Origin: Felis catus | Lineage: Eukaryota | NCBI RefSeq assembly: GCF_018350175.1 | Contig: NC_058368.1 | Span: 141,982,001-142,046,000, forward strand | Length of the DNA: 64,000 bases | Direction: 5' to 3' | In this document: positions 13,778-28,199 of the stretch, piece by piece | Position numbering within the stretch: position 1 is the first letter of the stretch | How the letters are laid out: the number at the start of each line of letters is the position of its first letter | Position numbers and translations under genes: made by a program | The notes under the pieces: model-generated | The model's database searches: none | What the model saw: the letters and a program-made list of their open reading frames with translations, nothing else | Told to the model about the DNA's origin: nothing

Positions 13778-13964
13778 CTTTAAAAGGAGATTCAAGCAGT
13801 GGTGCAGGTTTTTGTGCTAGGAATATTTTTTTGGCATATTTACTTAAAGCTCCACTCTTCTCATTCGGAACAATAAGCTGCCTAATAAATCTTGTACGGT
13901 CTCTGATGTCGTAGTTTTGATCATACTTGCCGAGATTTAATATGTACTGGGTAAGCAATTTTGT
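13778..13964 (-). CDS. AP3B1: AP3B1 exon (~16), 187 nt: [62 protein letters not shown]
   Basis: Overlaps ORF 13758..13958. [13 protein letters not shown] motif, AG/GT boundaries. Confidence 0.97.
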
Positions 13965-16900
13965 CTGTTGGAAAAAAACAGAACAAGATGAGAATACAGT
14001 TATTTATGATTATTGATAACTCTGGATAAACATATTTAAAGAGGTAATAAAAATGAATGGTTATGTCAAACAAATGTTGTTCCGTAGGGAATATGCATTT
14101 CTAACGCTGCAAATGGAATTTTGAAGCCAAAGCACATGTCCTCTTCAGTATTGGGGAGGTGAATGCTGAGTACTGAGAAGCAGCCATGTGCTAGATTATT
14201 AAACTGCTGAAGTGGAAAGAAAGGCATCATTAAAAAAATAATCATATATGGCAAACCCGCTGAAGGGTCTACGTGAGAATAATGAATGTGGAAATACAAC
14301 TAAAAACATGGCACTCAAAACTTAATCGGAAAAATATGCAGGACATCAAAACATCAGAGAGTATTAGGGGGCTGGCAAACTGCTTCTCCTGAGGTGTGTT
14401 TTATGAAGAGATACTGTCCCTGGCATAAGCAGTGTCTGCACTCTGACTGCACTCAGTTACTTTACCCTGAATTATGACCCATTAAAGCAGACACATGAAT
14501 CACTGAACTGGATTACTGCAAATTATTTGCAGTGCATTTAGCTGTTACTTTTTCATAAAAGCAAGCTGCTGATGCCCTCTAAAAACTAGGATAAAAGACT
14601 CCTTCCATTTCTTTCCCATGCTGCTTATAGCCTCTAGTAATATTGGTCATTTATTTATTTATGTAAGGCAGCAACTTATTACAGTAGCTTTTACACTGTA
14701 ATAAGATTTCCTAAGTCAATTTTTGAATGTACTACATTAACATGTATTGAGATAATTTTAATAGTAATTAAACCAAATTTGAAATGTTATCAAAATAGGT
14801 TTGAATTTTAAACTCCAGTTACTTTATTGAAAGAGCATAGTTTTAATTTAGGTTACACAAATACAATTGTAACTATAAATTAAACAGGATTCATAATATA
14901 TGGAAAAAATAAACATCGACATTAGAACATTTTATAGACATTAATAAAGGATAAAAAATGAAATCAATCAAGTCAGGCACAGCTAAAGACAATTCAAGAA
15001 CAAAAAGTCAAAGTATAGAAATGGTGTGGTAAACTCTTTTACAATAATAATTGGTTAAGATAATTGATTTGAATAGAAAGCAACCTTCTTGCAGTAACAA
15101 TGTATTTAAAGAGCATTAACCTAGTTTCAAAAAAGTAGAACTATAAAAAATACAAGTGAAAAATGTTAATAGAGTTATTAGGAATTTGGTTACCAATAAT
15201 TGCTATTCACTAATTAGTAGACCATGGTGGTTCAACTGCAAATGAGAAAAATTCATTTTTAAAGAAAATTAGCAAAATATTCACCAAATGAGGAATACAG
15301 CTCAAAAAAAGTGTGGTATCCTGGACTGTGTTATTAACTTTCTGAGATAGCCTGGCAAATATACTAACCCTTAGTTATCTCAAATGCACAGTGAGAATTT
15401 ACAACTAGGTTAACTCTCAAGTCCTTCTGAGTGGTGAGATTTAGAATATGCAACTAAAATAAAGAAAAAAATTAGTCTGTTCATTGCAGTGATTTTCAAA
15501 ATTTTAATTTCAGCATAGTTAACACAGTGTTATATTAGTTTCAGATGTGCAATCTAGTGATTAATTTTTGTGAGCTATTGGAGTGACACATTTCTGATCC
15601 CCAAAATTAATTTTTAGAAAATTAAACTACCTCAATATATTAATAGACACTAATGAAAGGGAATTTTTAGGAATTAAAATTTTGTAATTTTTAAAGTATC
15701 CATTTATTGACTACAAAACTTGTTTTGTTACACTGGTGGCCTTATAAAATAGTTCTATTAAAAATCCATTTTCGGGGCATCTGGGCGGCTCAGTAGGTTA
15801 GGCATTCCACGTGGGCTCAGGTCATGATCTCACAGCTCATGAGTTTGAGCCCTGCATCGTGATCTGTGCTGAGAGCTCAGAGCCTGGAGCCTGCTTCGGA
15901 TTCTGTGTCTCCCTCTCTCTCTGCCCCTCCCCAACTCACACTCTGCCCCCCATTCTCTCTCTCTCTTCCTCCCTTTCAAACATAAACATTAAAAAATACT
16001 TTAAAAAATCCATTTTCAAAACTAAAATTCTTTTTTTCAAAACTAAAATTTTCTAAAAGATAAAAACCTATCTATATATAATGATGCATCAAAAACATAA
16101 GTAATTATTCACTATATGTTCATACACTTTAATCAGTTTCTAAGGTGTATCTACCTCTAATAATAAGTCATTGACATTTCTCTGAAGAACATATTTTTAT
16201 ATGGCTTTATTTTCAGATTTTTAAAAAAAGTAAGATTGTCTAATAAATCTTTTTCAAAATTGAATTTTATGATCAATAATTACAAAACTGTTGACATTTT
16301 CAGCGTACTCTTCTCTATAGACCATAATATTTGTAATGAAGAAAACACCCTCTTTACATTAGACAATCTGGTAAGATTAAAGAAAATCCTGTTGAAAGAA
16401 GGATATTCTCACCATGCTTTCTTTTTCATGTTGAAATCTGTAAATATGTTAAGCCCTGATATGTAACTTTTACCCCTCCATTCAATGAAACTTTTTTTTT
16501 GATAATTATTTTTATGAGACAAAACTTTTAAATAATTCTCAGGGTGCCTGGGTGGCTCAGTTGATTGAGCGTCCAATTCTTGATTTTGCCTCAGGGTCAA
16601 GATCCCATGGTCTTATGATCGAGCCCCATGTTAGGGTCTGTGCAGACAGCATGGAGCCTGCTTAGGATTCTCTCTCTCCCTCTCTCTGCCCCTCTCCTGT
16701 TCACAAACACCCCCCCCCCCCAAATAAATAAACAAACATTAAAAATAAAAGATTCTTTCTTCCCTTCTGCTCCTATCCCCAATCAAGCTTTCTCTCTCTA
16801 AACTTAGAAAAAAAACAACTTTTTAAGTAATTCTCTTTATACTTTTTAACATATTTCACCAAATTTAGAAAATGCAAAATCAACAGCATTTACAGCATTT

Positions 16901-18855
16901 TTGACAGAATAAACTTCCAAATGCTTTATTTTGATTCCATTTATGGCAAAATGGAACAAACATACAAAAGCTTTGAGTGAAAAAAATCAACCTAGTAACG
17001 AAATTAATCAATTTTCTATTTGAAAACTGGCATTGTTTAGGTCCTTTTTCTGCTAATGGAGCCAAGACATTAATAGTTACTACTTCCTTCTTCATATGTA
17101 AAAAGAGAACTTGGAATAAAAAATGAAGAAAATTAATTTTTAAACAGTTATCTAAATGAGATCTTGTATCAAGAAAGCTATGTAAACATCTTTTGTACCC
17201 GTATGTATTTGTCATCTGGAGACACAATCTTTTTTTTTTTTTTTTTTTTTTTAATGTTTATTTATTTTTGAGACAGACAGAGACAGAGCATGAGCAGGGG
17301 AGGGGAGAGAGAGAGAGGGAGACACAGAATCTGAAGCAGGCTCCAGGCCTTGAGCTGTCAGCACAGAGCCTGATGCGGGGCTCAAACTCACCAACTGTGA
17401 GAACATGACCTGAGCTCGAAGTCAGTCGCTAACTTACTGAGCCATCCAGGCGTCCCTGGAGACACAATCTTCTTAAAATAACTCTTAACTTCTTTTTAAA
17501 AATTTAAAAATGTATTTAAATCCAAGTTAGTTAACATATAGTGTAATAATGATTTCAGCAGTAGAATTTAGTGATTTGTCACTTACATATAACACCCAGA
17601 GCTCATCCCTACAACTCAACTTTTTAAATAGATGCTGATCCTTTTTCAGTACATTTTATCTTCTGGTCGTTGTGTGGTCGGTGACATCACTACAACTCTC
17701 ATAGTGGCTGGTAAACACTGATAAACATTTTGTGCACAGTGAGTACTGAGAAAGAAAGTCAGTACTTCATTCTTCATTAAGTCTATACTTCCATCTTTAA
17801 AAAATGATTGCTGCTGGGTTTATAACAAGATAAAGAAAGAACTTCCCAATAATAAAATACATAGGCTTTAGATTTACGCTGCACAATAAATGACAGAAGT
17901 AGCGAAGTGAGAGTGTTCTGCCCACTCTCTAACGATCTATGGCAGGACTGTCTCTTGCACATATTTCATCTACAACCCACCTCAAACTTCCCATGTTTTC
18001 CTCTGACTCTCTCCACTGACAACTGACAGCTTCATGCTTTGCACAGGCCATGGCACAACCATACAAGTTGCCAGTGTGGCCAGCAGATGAAACACTTGCA
18101 CGTATCTTACCACCAGTGAAAAACTGAAGAATTTAGCTCCTTGCCCTGTCAGGGCACACTGCATTTTACCAGCACACATTCTGCATGCCGCTCTAAAAAA
18201 GAGAAATTAAGCTACATCTCAAAAAGGTTGGAAAAACAAGGTCTTTCTGATTTAAATGTCTCACATAAGAAAATGAAATCTCTCTTCATTGCACTAGTGT
18301 GTTACATGTCATTAGACAAAACCACAGCAGAGGTGAAAAGTACAATGTGGAGGTCTACGAACTTAGTCTGACCTAGTTTAACACAACTATTGATAAAAAT
18401 GAAAAATGTGAGACAAATCCCAAACTAAATGAGACACAGAGGCAAGAGACATAAATGAGATCTGTTCCGGCCAACAGTTACAAAGAAAGTAAACAATGGT
18501 CAAGTTAATAATCATGGGTATTTAATACAATCAAAGACTCAATCCAAAACCAGACGGGACATTAAACAGTACCTTTAAAGAGGTTTTACTCATAAAATTA
18601 TAAAAGAAAAAGAGAATAATACAGTGTACCCTTAATAAGAAAATATTAATATCTTATACACAGCTATTTGTTAAATTTTGATTTCAGATTATTTTTTTCT
18701 ACTTAGATTTAGGGACTATGAGCAGTACTAACTAACAGATAATGCTACCCAGACACTATACCTATTATATTCCTTTCAGAATGACTCTGTCACTGTAATA
18801 TAGAAAAAATGAATTTTAGGGAATGCTGTATAAAAGTTTTTTAATCCATTATTTA

Positions 18856-19086
18856 TTTATTATTATTTTTTTTAATTTTTTTTCAACTTTTATTTATTTT
18901 TGGGACAGAGAGAGACAGAGCATGAACGGGGGAGGGGCAGAGAGAGAGGGAGACACAGAATCGGAAACAGGCTTCAGGCTCCGAGCCATCAGCCCAGAGC
19001 CTGACGCGGGGCTTGAACTCACGGACCGCGAGATCGTGACCTGGCTGAAGTCGGACGCTTAACCGACTGCGCCACCCAGGCGCCCC
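18856..19086 (-). mobile_element. Young Can-SINE (SINEC_Fc)
   Basis: tRNA-derived head, (CT)n, A tail, CpGs retained. 17-bp TSD TTTTAATCCATTATTTA. Confidence 0.95.
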
Positions 19087-20156
19087 TTTTAATCCATTAT
19101 TTAAAAAAAAAACTCAAAATATGGGCTTCATATTTCTACCTAAGCACTCTGACAAGTAATAAACATAAATATTTGCACAAACAATAGCTTTCTTCAAATA
19201 TTTAGTAAGTCAGCACAAAATAGTAAAAAAGGTATCTTAAAATATACTACTAAAATCAGATGAGATATATTTTTAATTTAAGGAAAATAAAAAAGTACAC
19301 AGAATTCAGCATTTAGCATAGTGAAGATTAATATTGGTTCCACACAGCTGTTATTCTGAGAAAGAAGGATACTGGTAATTGGTTTGGTAAATGAAAGAAA
19401 GCAACACAAAATTCTTAACCTAAACCAGAGGGAAATCTAAGCAGTACCAGTGTTCCATGTCATCAATTTCATCACTTCATGACTAACCAGGATTCTTTAT
19501 GTGACTTGGATGAAATTTCATAAATTTAACAGTATTCATATTTTTGTCAACTTGAAAAGTATTCTGTAAGTTCTTTCTTTACAAGCTGTATTTACTCGAG
19601 TTTCTTAAAGCCAAAAAAATATATAACCAAGAAAGGGTAGAGGCGTCACAGCACAGAGCCTGAGACCCTTTTGCTAAGTCATGTTAAAGAAGCTGGGGGC
19701 AGAGATAGATTTCACCTAAGACCTGAATCACGGGGCAAAAGAGAATTTGCTTTTAACTTCAGGAAGGATGCCCAAGATGTAACTGTGATTTATAAAATTT
19801 CTTACTAAGAACCAAGAAGTCTAAAAAGTAATACAAAGAAAATGCAAATATTAAGGATACTCAATGAATCACTCTTTTCTAACTGCAGAAAAGCAGAAAC
19901 CTGTCTCACAGAAAATCAGAGTTAATTAAAATGCATGAATTATATCTATACATGTCAATATTTTAGAAACATGGTATTAGGTGAAAAAAGTAGGTTACAA
20001 AGTATACAAAAAAATACAGTATCTACCTATGCAAAATTGCAAAACCCACACAACAGTAACATAGTGTGTGAGCATATACTCATATACTAAAAATGTAAAA
20101 ACACACATAACTGAACACACTACCATTATGACAGCAGCTACTTGCCACATTCCTTT

Positions 20157-20182
20157 AGTATATGTGCTGCCGAAGCGAGCAC
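20157..20182 (-). pseudogene. RNU6: 3'-truncated U6 snRNA retrocopy (U6 nt 1-26)
   Basis: The reverse complement reads GTGCTCGCTTCGGCAGCACATATACT(AAA), identical to the U6 5' end. Flanked by the direct repeat TGCCACATTCCTTT (20143-20156, 20183-20196). Confidence 0.93.
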
Positions 20183-21419
20183 TGCCACATTCCTTTAAAA
20201 AAGAATAACAATTATGGCAAAAACATTGAGTTAGTCTTAGTGGTATATATGTATTTATATTATTTTGCACTTCTCTATAGGTTTGGGTTATTTCATAATT
20301 AAAACGAAAACATGACGGGCACCTGGGTGGCTCAGTCCGTTAAGTGTCCGACTTTGGCTCAAGTCATGATCTCACAAGTCTGTGAGTTCGATCCCTATGT
20401 CGGGCTCGGTGCTGACAGCTCAGAGCCTGGAGTCTGCTTTGGATTCTGTGCACCCCCTCTCTCTACCCCTCCCCCTCTCATGCTGTGTCTCGCTCTGTCT
20501 CTCAAAAATAAATAAATGTTAAAAAAAAAAAAAATTAGGGGCACCTGGGTGGCTCAGTCAGTTGAGTGTCCGAGTTTGGCTCGGGTCATGATCTTGCTCG
20601 TGGGTTCGAGCCCCATGTCAGGCTGACGGCTCAGAGCCTGGAACCTGCTTTGGATTCTATGTCTCCCTCCTTCTCTGTGCCTCCCCTGCTCACGTTCCCT
20701 CTCTCTCTCAAAATATATAAACATTAAAAAAATGTTTTTAATTAAAAAAAAAAGAAAACAGCTAAGTGAAACACTAAGCTATAATACTTACCACTACATT
20801 TAAAAGATTATAGGAAGTTAAAAAAATGCACCCTTTATTCATTAATTTTTAGTTGCTATTAATCCCTTTAATAAACTCAGTTTTCTCAGACCTCAGTAGA
20901 CTATTGCAAATCAGTCTTTACACTATGTCCTAAGAGTTGTAGAGCTTCAGCAACTTCAACTGCCCCTTGCCCCCTCTCCCATTCTTTCTCTTTTAATTAA
21001 ATTAAATTAAATTAAATTAAGAAATTATAATAATTCCCAATTTACAAAGGATAAAACTAAGTCTTGGATAGGTTATATAATTTGTCCAAAATTATGTACC
21101 TAATAAGTGGCAAAACAGGATATGAAGCCAGACAATGTAATATTGGAGCCTATACTCTCAATCACTACCTGCCCTCCAGTAACTGACATCAAATAGTTCT
21201 ATGGTAGTCATCACACACAGTTAATCTGCTTTCCAAATACAATCTTCCATCTGAAATAACTCAGAGAAAACTAAAGAAGCTTACTGAAGAAATACACATA
21301 TGGAGTTATAATTATAATGTAACAGTTAAAAAAAAACTATATGAACCAGCTTTATATATCTATACCTAAAAAGAAAAATATTAAAATGTTAAAGAGGAAT
21401 ATATAATACTAATGATAAA

Positions 21420-21667
21420 CAAGATATTGATTTTTTTGATACTGTATTTTTCAGTTCTAAAAAACTTCCGTTTGAGTCTTTTGTATAATTATATTTCTCT
21501 GAGAATTCTTATCTTTTTATTCATGGTGGGTATATTTTCCTTTATATTGCTGACCCCACTTATAAAAAGCTGCTACAAAATGTTTGCTTGCAAATTCCAA
21601 CATCTGGATCATCTCAGGGTTAGCTTCTGTTGTTTTTTCCAATTTTCTTGAAAAGTGATCACACTTT

Positions 21668-21710
<43 letters not shown>

Positions 21711-22490
21711 TAAAACACATAATAATTACCGTCCTAACCACTTTTAACTGTGCAATTCATGCAGAATATTGTACAACCAATACCACCATCCATCTCCCAA
21801 AATTTTTATATCTTTGTAAATTGAAACCCCATACCCTTTAAATAATAGCTCCTCATTCTGATTCCTCATATGTAGAATAATTTTGGATTGTATCTTGGAA
21901 ATTACGAATGTTATATTATAGAGGCCGTGGACATGGTTACACTCTTTGAGTGAGTACTGATTTTTGTTTATTTTAGCAGTTAACTTGGTCGAGTTCAAAG
22001 TGAAAACTTTGTTTCTTTGGTGCAGCTCAAATTTCAGTTCAGTTCCTTTATACTCAGCTGTGCTGCTCTGAATGCACCTTGAGCATGTGTGGTTCAGGGG
22101 TCAACCAAAATTATTCACAGATCCTGAGGCTCCCCCACTATGGCTCTCTCCTTTCTATTATTCTTCCTTTACTTTCCAACATCTATAGTTTCCCTGAACT
22201 ATGTTCTCTACTTCCTCAGGCCAGAAGGACCTTGGGTTTTCTTTTGGAGTTTTAGCACCTGTGTGTAGTGCCAACTGTAGCCCATCCTCTTGGATAAAAG
22301 CCATAAAAGTGGCAACATTCCCTCTGTGCCACTCTCTTCTTCCAAGTGTTAATTTCCCTCCAGGATCTTACTGCTTTTCTTCACTCTTCTGAGACTTTGG
22401 GCATTTATTTATTTTTTGTATTTTTTCCAGAGTTGTTCTCTGTGGAGGGTCAGTCCAGCAGGAGCTAACTCGACACACTGAAAGCAGACT
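21420..22490 (-). mobile_element. Ancient L1M 5'/ORF1-region fragment with an internal (TG)20
   Basis: Degraded L1M-like antisense sequence. Boundaries approximate. Confidence 0.5.
21670..21709. repeat. (TG)20 microsatellite
   Basis: Read directly from the sequence. Confidence 0.97.
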
Positions 22491-24152
22491 GTTGGCTTAT
22501 TTGTAAATGAGTTTTCACACCAGGTAAAAATATTTTGAGGTATTAAAGAAGTTCATTACTCAATTATTCCTCAAGCCAACAAATGAACACAGCATGCTCA
22601 ATCTTATAAAAATTAACTTCGACATTTCCTATAACTAAATAATTCAATAACAATTCTGGGATGCTCACTAAGTTATTCCACAGGGAATTCAGATCGACAA
22701 ATAAATGTCAGGACTTCATGGCAAACCAGTCCCTGGGCACTGCCACAGTTCAGTCTTAAAGATGGCCAAAATAAATTAAATACAGAACATAAATTTTTTA
22801 CAGTTAGCCCAAAGAAATCATTTTAGTCTCTCTCTCTTATTCAACAGGTATGAAGCACACAATTTAAAAATGCTGTCAAGCGGATGGTGCTAAAAAGTGC
22901 CCTTTAATGCTTATTTTACCAATTTTCTCAACCCCCTTTTCTTAATGAGAGACTGAAGAGCACAACCCTAGAGACACTGTCATTCACCTATTTTTATATT
23001 TAATCATTTAAAAACGAGTTATACAAAAATATATGCGAAAATTTGGTATATTTTCAGGGTGCCTCAGTGGCTCAGTCAGTTAAGCGCCCAATTCTTGATT
23101 TCAGCTCAGGACATGATCCCAGGGTCATGGGATTGAGCCCCACATCACAATTTACCCTGAGCTTGGAGCCTGTTTAAGATTCTCTCTATCTACCTCTGCC
23201 CCCCTCCCTTGCTCACACTCTGTATCTAAAATAATAAATAAATGAATGAAGGAATGAATGAATGAAAAATTTGGTGCATTTTCTAAACATTAATATGCCT
23301 TCACGAGTTGGTGGTGAAGTCTATTTGTGTTTATCAGAAATATTATTCTAAAATATACAATAGAACAGTTCAGAAGTTGAGCTCCAAAACTTCATTTAAC
23401 AATACAGCTCAAGAAAAAAACATCTGGTACAAGCTACGTTGTCTTCAAATTCAAAAGCTATGGAATATATTCTGTAATTCCTGAACAAATAGTACCACTT
23501 TCCATTGTTTCTTTATAGCTACAAAGAGGACCAAAAACAGAACCTTTATTTAGCTTTATAAGACATAACTACTTTTGTTCTTGATTAACATACTGATTTT
23601 GTACTAATTTTTTAATAACCTAGAAGCTAGATACATTTAGAGTAGCCAATTCCAGGTGTTATAATGACTTTTACAATACCACATGTATTTAGAGAACACA
23701 GGGAGTTCTCAGGCTAAGATGGCGTTTTTATCAATAAACAAGAAACTTGCAGCAAAGCTGTTTCATGACTCTCACCGCCCTTCTCATTCTATATGGCAAA
23801 TCACTCCTTGTAAGTCCTTAGTCAAGAATCTTATCCTTCACAAAACGTTCTCTTATCTCTTACCTCCTTCCACTTCTGACTTGCAATAACTTTCTCCTCT
23901 GGAGTTCCACCATATCTTAACACCTCTATTACAGCACTTACCACACCTATTTCATCGTTTAGCTGTTTTTCTCGCCTTTTCCCTTGACTAGAATGTCATC
24001 TCTCTGCACCACTACCTTCTAACATAGAACCTTACAGAAACAGACACCTAGTAATTGTGGAATGAACACACTAATGCATGAATAGACCTTGGGTGCTTCA
24101 TCAAATTAAAGAAGAAAGTATCACTTAGGTAGACTAAGGTTTAGACTCTTAC

Positions 24153-24329
24153 CTGTTTAGAGTTGGTTAAATACAATTTTGCTCCCAAATTTAAAATCTG
24201 CAATTTTACTAGATCATCTTCACTAGTGAAGCCTTTAGCCATCTTCCTCAAAACATCAGGGGCAATTTTAGGAACTCGTTCACAATTTTCTCCAATTAGC
24301 CAAAGAATACTTGCTCTAGCCACAGGAAC
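24153..24329 (-). CDS. AP3B1: AP3B1 exon (~15), 177 nt: [59 protein letters not shown]
   Basis: Overlaps ORF 24141..24323. Adaptin trunk motif [11 protein letters not shown], acceptor AG, donor GTaaga. Confidence 0.97.
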
Positions 24330-24695
24330 CTAATATTAAAAGCAGATTATATAGTTACAAATAAGATAATCATACGCTCCTTAATGTTAACATAGAAAAG
24401 GTTTTAAATATTATAAAGGTTTTGCATCCATTCATGTAATGAATATCTAGGAAGTGCCCTTTCAGTTATGGATTTTCTTCAGTTATCAAAAAATAAACAC
24501 CCAGGAAAATATCATTAAAGGTGCTTTTAGAGATAATGCCTTAGAAAAGATTAATGGAGAAAAAAAAAAAATCATTGGTCTAGAGGCTTGATTCCGTCAG
24601 CGATGTGCAAGTTCTTGGGCCAAAGTTGGCTACCCATGCCCATTTGTTTATGTATTATTGGTGTAGCTTTTGCACTACAATAGCAGAGGTAAGCA

Positions 24696-25040
24696 CAATT
24701 GACCTCTGAACAATACAGGTTTGCACTGAGGAGGGTCCACTTATATGCAGATTTTTATTTCAATAAACACAGTATAGTGCTGTAAATGTATTTTCTTTTC
24801 ATTATGATCTTCATAATAACATTTTTTCTCTAGCTTATTTTATTGTAAGAATTCAGTGTATAATACATGTAACAAAAAAAAATATGTGTTAATCAACTGT
24901 TTATGTTATCGGTAAGGTTTTCGGTCAATAGTGGCAATTAGCAGTTAAATTCCGGAGGAGTCAAAAGTTAAATCTGGATTTTTGACTGTAGGAGGGTGGG
25001 GTCGGCACCCCTAACCCCTGCATTGCTCGGGTGTCAACTG
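24696..25040. mobile_element. Tigger2-derived non-autonomous DNA transposon nested in a MER58-like hAT element (~24617-25110)
   Basis: Degenerate terminal inverted repeats caattgacctctgaacaa / ttgctcgggtgtcaactg. The flanks carry MER58-like motifs (gcactacaatagcagag; ttacagaaaaggtttgctgacctctg). Confidence 0.75.
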
Positions 25041-28000
25041 TTGTCACAACAAAAACCATAAAGCTGAATATACTATCTAGCAACTTACAGAAAAGGTTTG
25101 CTGACCTCTGCTCCAGGGCACTTATTAATAAATAATAAACCTCAAGGCCCATAAAAATCATCTTGAGTTCTTATTAAAACTACAGGGATTTAGTACCAGG
25201 TCCAAAATAACAGTTTTGTTGTGGGGCTCAGGAATCCACATTTTATGAGGCATCATAGATAATTTCTGAGATAAGTGGTCTGCAAACCATGTTTTGAGAA
25301 TCCAATGGTTAACAGAGAAAAAGGAATACATTCATTAAAGACTATGATTCTAAATCAAAGCTGCTCTTGTCCTCTAAGTATCTGCATCCACAACCCTGGG
25401 AATATATAAAACTGACGAGATCATCAAGGTCTGCTTATAAAATCATGAATCCTGGTCTATTAGGGAGAAGATAAATTTGTCCAATGTTGCACTTTGGCAT
25501 TGTATTTTTTTTAATAAAGTACATTTCAATATAATTTGTTTCTTAAAAAAACTGTTTTAGTACAAATTGGAAACCTTCCATCAGTACCATTAAGACCAAC
25601 ATTTTAGAGTATGCAAATTAGTTTTATTACTATTTGTTTATATGTATCCTCCCTTACTCTAAAAGAGATTTGAAGGGGTATGTAAATTAGTTTCTGTGAA
25701 CATTTTCACCTAGTACAGAAAATTTGTTTATAATAAATGAAAGAGCCAATGACTATCATTAAGAGGTAGCATCACAAGGAGAGATAATACTCGTCCTATG
25801 AAATCCAATTCCTCAAATGAAGTCCTAATATTTTCACTATAGTTTCACAGCTGTACAGGGCACAACCATTAAAGAAGAAAGTGAGAATACAGACCTTTGC
25901 ACAACTTAAATTTTATCACAATATCCACCATCTCAAATTCTTCCAAAACATCCATTTTATGAAATAGTATAAAATTATTAAAACATTCCTAAGTTGGGTA
26001 TTTCGCCAGAAGGGAAATAAGGTCATCCAAAAGCTTTAAAATCAAAGTGTATATTTTCAAATACTATGACAATAATAGCATTATCTTGAAATTAATATTA
26101 GAATAAGTTTAGTAAAAAAGATGAAATCACAATACTCATGTAAGAAGTTTAAGTACCAAGAATAAATAATAAGTATAAAAGAAATGCTATTACAAATCTA
26201 TTCATGAAGTATGACAAAAGTGATATCCTTACTGTACACTGATTTCTAGAAAGAAAGAGGCTATTTCTAATGTTCCAAAGGTTACACTGCATTAAGACCT
26301 TACTCCCAATCTATTATTTTAAATTGGGCTAAAGAACAGTAATTGAGTGGTACATTCAATTTTCTGGTATGAAGCAATTCAAGTTGCCTGCTTTGATGAC
26401 AGGTACCTCTAAATAAGAATATATGTGCAAATTCAGATTTCGGTTATGCTAGATTTACTTTTCTTAAATATTTTATTATACATTGCTGGTATAAAAATTA
26501 GAATTCTAGGACATATTCCAACCTACTACCCCACTTTAAGTAATTTTCTTCTGGTAACGCAGTTACAATTGTTTTTTGCAATTAAAAAGACAATCCCAAA
26601 AGTTTTAAGAGATTCTGTATATTCCTATTCATTAATATACTAAGATTAAAATAATATTTAAACGCTGTAAACATTAATAATGCATAATTTAAAACACAAC
26701 TCTTTGGAAAAAAATGAAAATCAATACATTCTAATGCCCACAATGAAAATCTCAAGATGGTGGTGTTAGAGGGCAGGGTAATAGTCAGAGGTTCCAGAAT
26801 TAAGGTAATAAAATTTCCAAGGAAACATAAAAAACTTTGAAAACTTTTCCACAACAAGAAATAATATCAATATAAATGTATTTATTCCAAATTTTTGGTG
26901 ATGGCAATTTTTTTTAAAAGCTTAGGAAATCAACAAACACACTGTTTTTGTGCATTTGGCTGGAATCAGAATCATAAGATTTTCAGATTCCAGTCATATC
27001 TTTCTCTTCCAGTTATGTTCCAGAACTCTCATTCGTACATCACCGATACTATGATTCATGTATGTATCATAGTATCAATGGTCTTTCAAAGATTTAAAGC
27101 AACCAAAAAAAGAGCAAGATAGAAAATTAGTCACTTTTTGTTCTCCATGGTCTTCTCAACCACAGAATAAACAGGACACTGAACTAAAACCAAACTGATA
27201 ATACATTCACACAAATGCTCTGATTATTAACCTCTGCTTTTTCAATATTTCAAAGACAAGCTGGATTGTAAATGACTTTGATTCTTTATTCTGAATGCCC
27301 TGAACAAGTGCTTAAGTGCACTTTTTAAACCTTCTACGAAAAGGCAGTTTCCACTGCCATTTTAACCCAGTAACTTAGCTGCAAAAACAAATAATGATTC
27401 CTAGCTGACCACAGCAGTTACAGAAAGGCATCTAGAATGATTTTACAGATCACTTTGTAAGCAGTTCAATTTAAAAGCTATTGTGTTTCGACTCTAGCCA
27501 CTGCACAATACAACAGTGTAAAATAAATCCTGCAAAAACATCAATTTTATGTATCTAAATTTGTCAAAGGCAAAATCAGTAGATATCTAAACAAACTGCA
27601 GACAAATAGCAAATGAGATCCAATAATCTGTATCAGGACTCAGTAGGCATTAATACTTTAGTATGAATTAAGTTGGGGCAGCAGGGCAAATGTAGTTACC
27701 TTGTGACATGGCAGGCATTCAGTGAGGCACCAGGGCACTGAGTACATAAAGTACTATTTCAAAATTACTCAGTAGTCTTCACAAAATAACATCTTTTAAT
27801 TATTCTTTTATGATATTAACTCATCTGTCCCATTAAATACTATGTGTAACCCTGGTTCAACAATCTTCACGTAGTATGCATTTTATTCTGGAAGGACTTT
27901 GCTCCAAAAGCAGTATTTAATACACACAAAGGATATTCCAAAGAATAAAATATTCACAATCAGAATATATAAGTTGACTGCACTACAGATCTATATCTTA

Positions 28001-28199
28001 TTCAATTTGAATTTAAAAGTAGAATTAATTTAAATTTTAGTGTTCATGTGTTTAGCTATGTCACTTAATAAATAGCAAATGGGATCTAAGTCTTGAATAG
28101 AACAAAATCCAAGTTTCTTTTTTAAAAAAATTACATAGCCAACATCTACTGAGTTCTCACCATGCGTCTGCACTATTTTTAAGACTTTACCTGTTTTCT

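Noticed and set aside
18823..19062. Recurrent peptide 'WDRERQSMNGGGAEREGDTESE...' found in several ORFs
   Set aside because: It is the antisense reading of SINEC_Fc copies, not a protein family.
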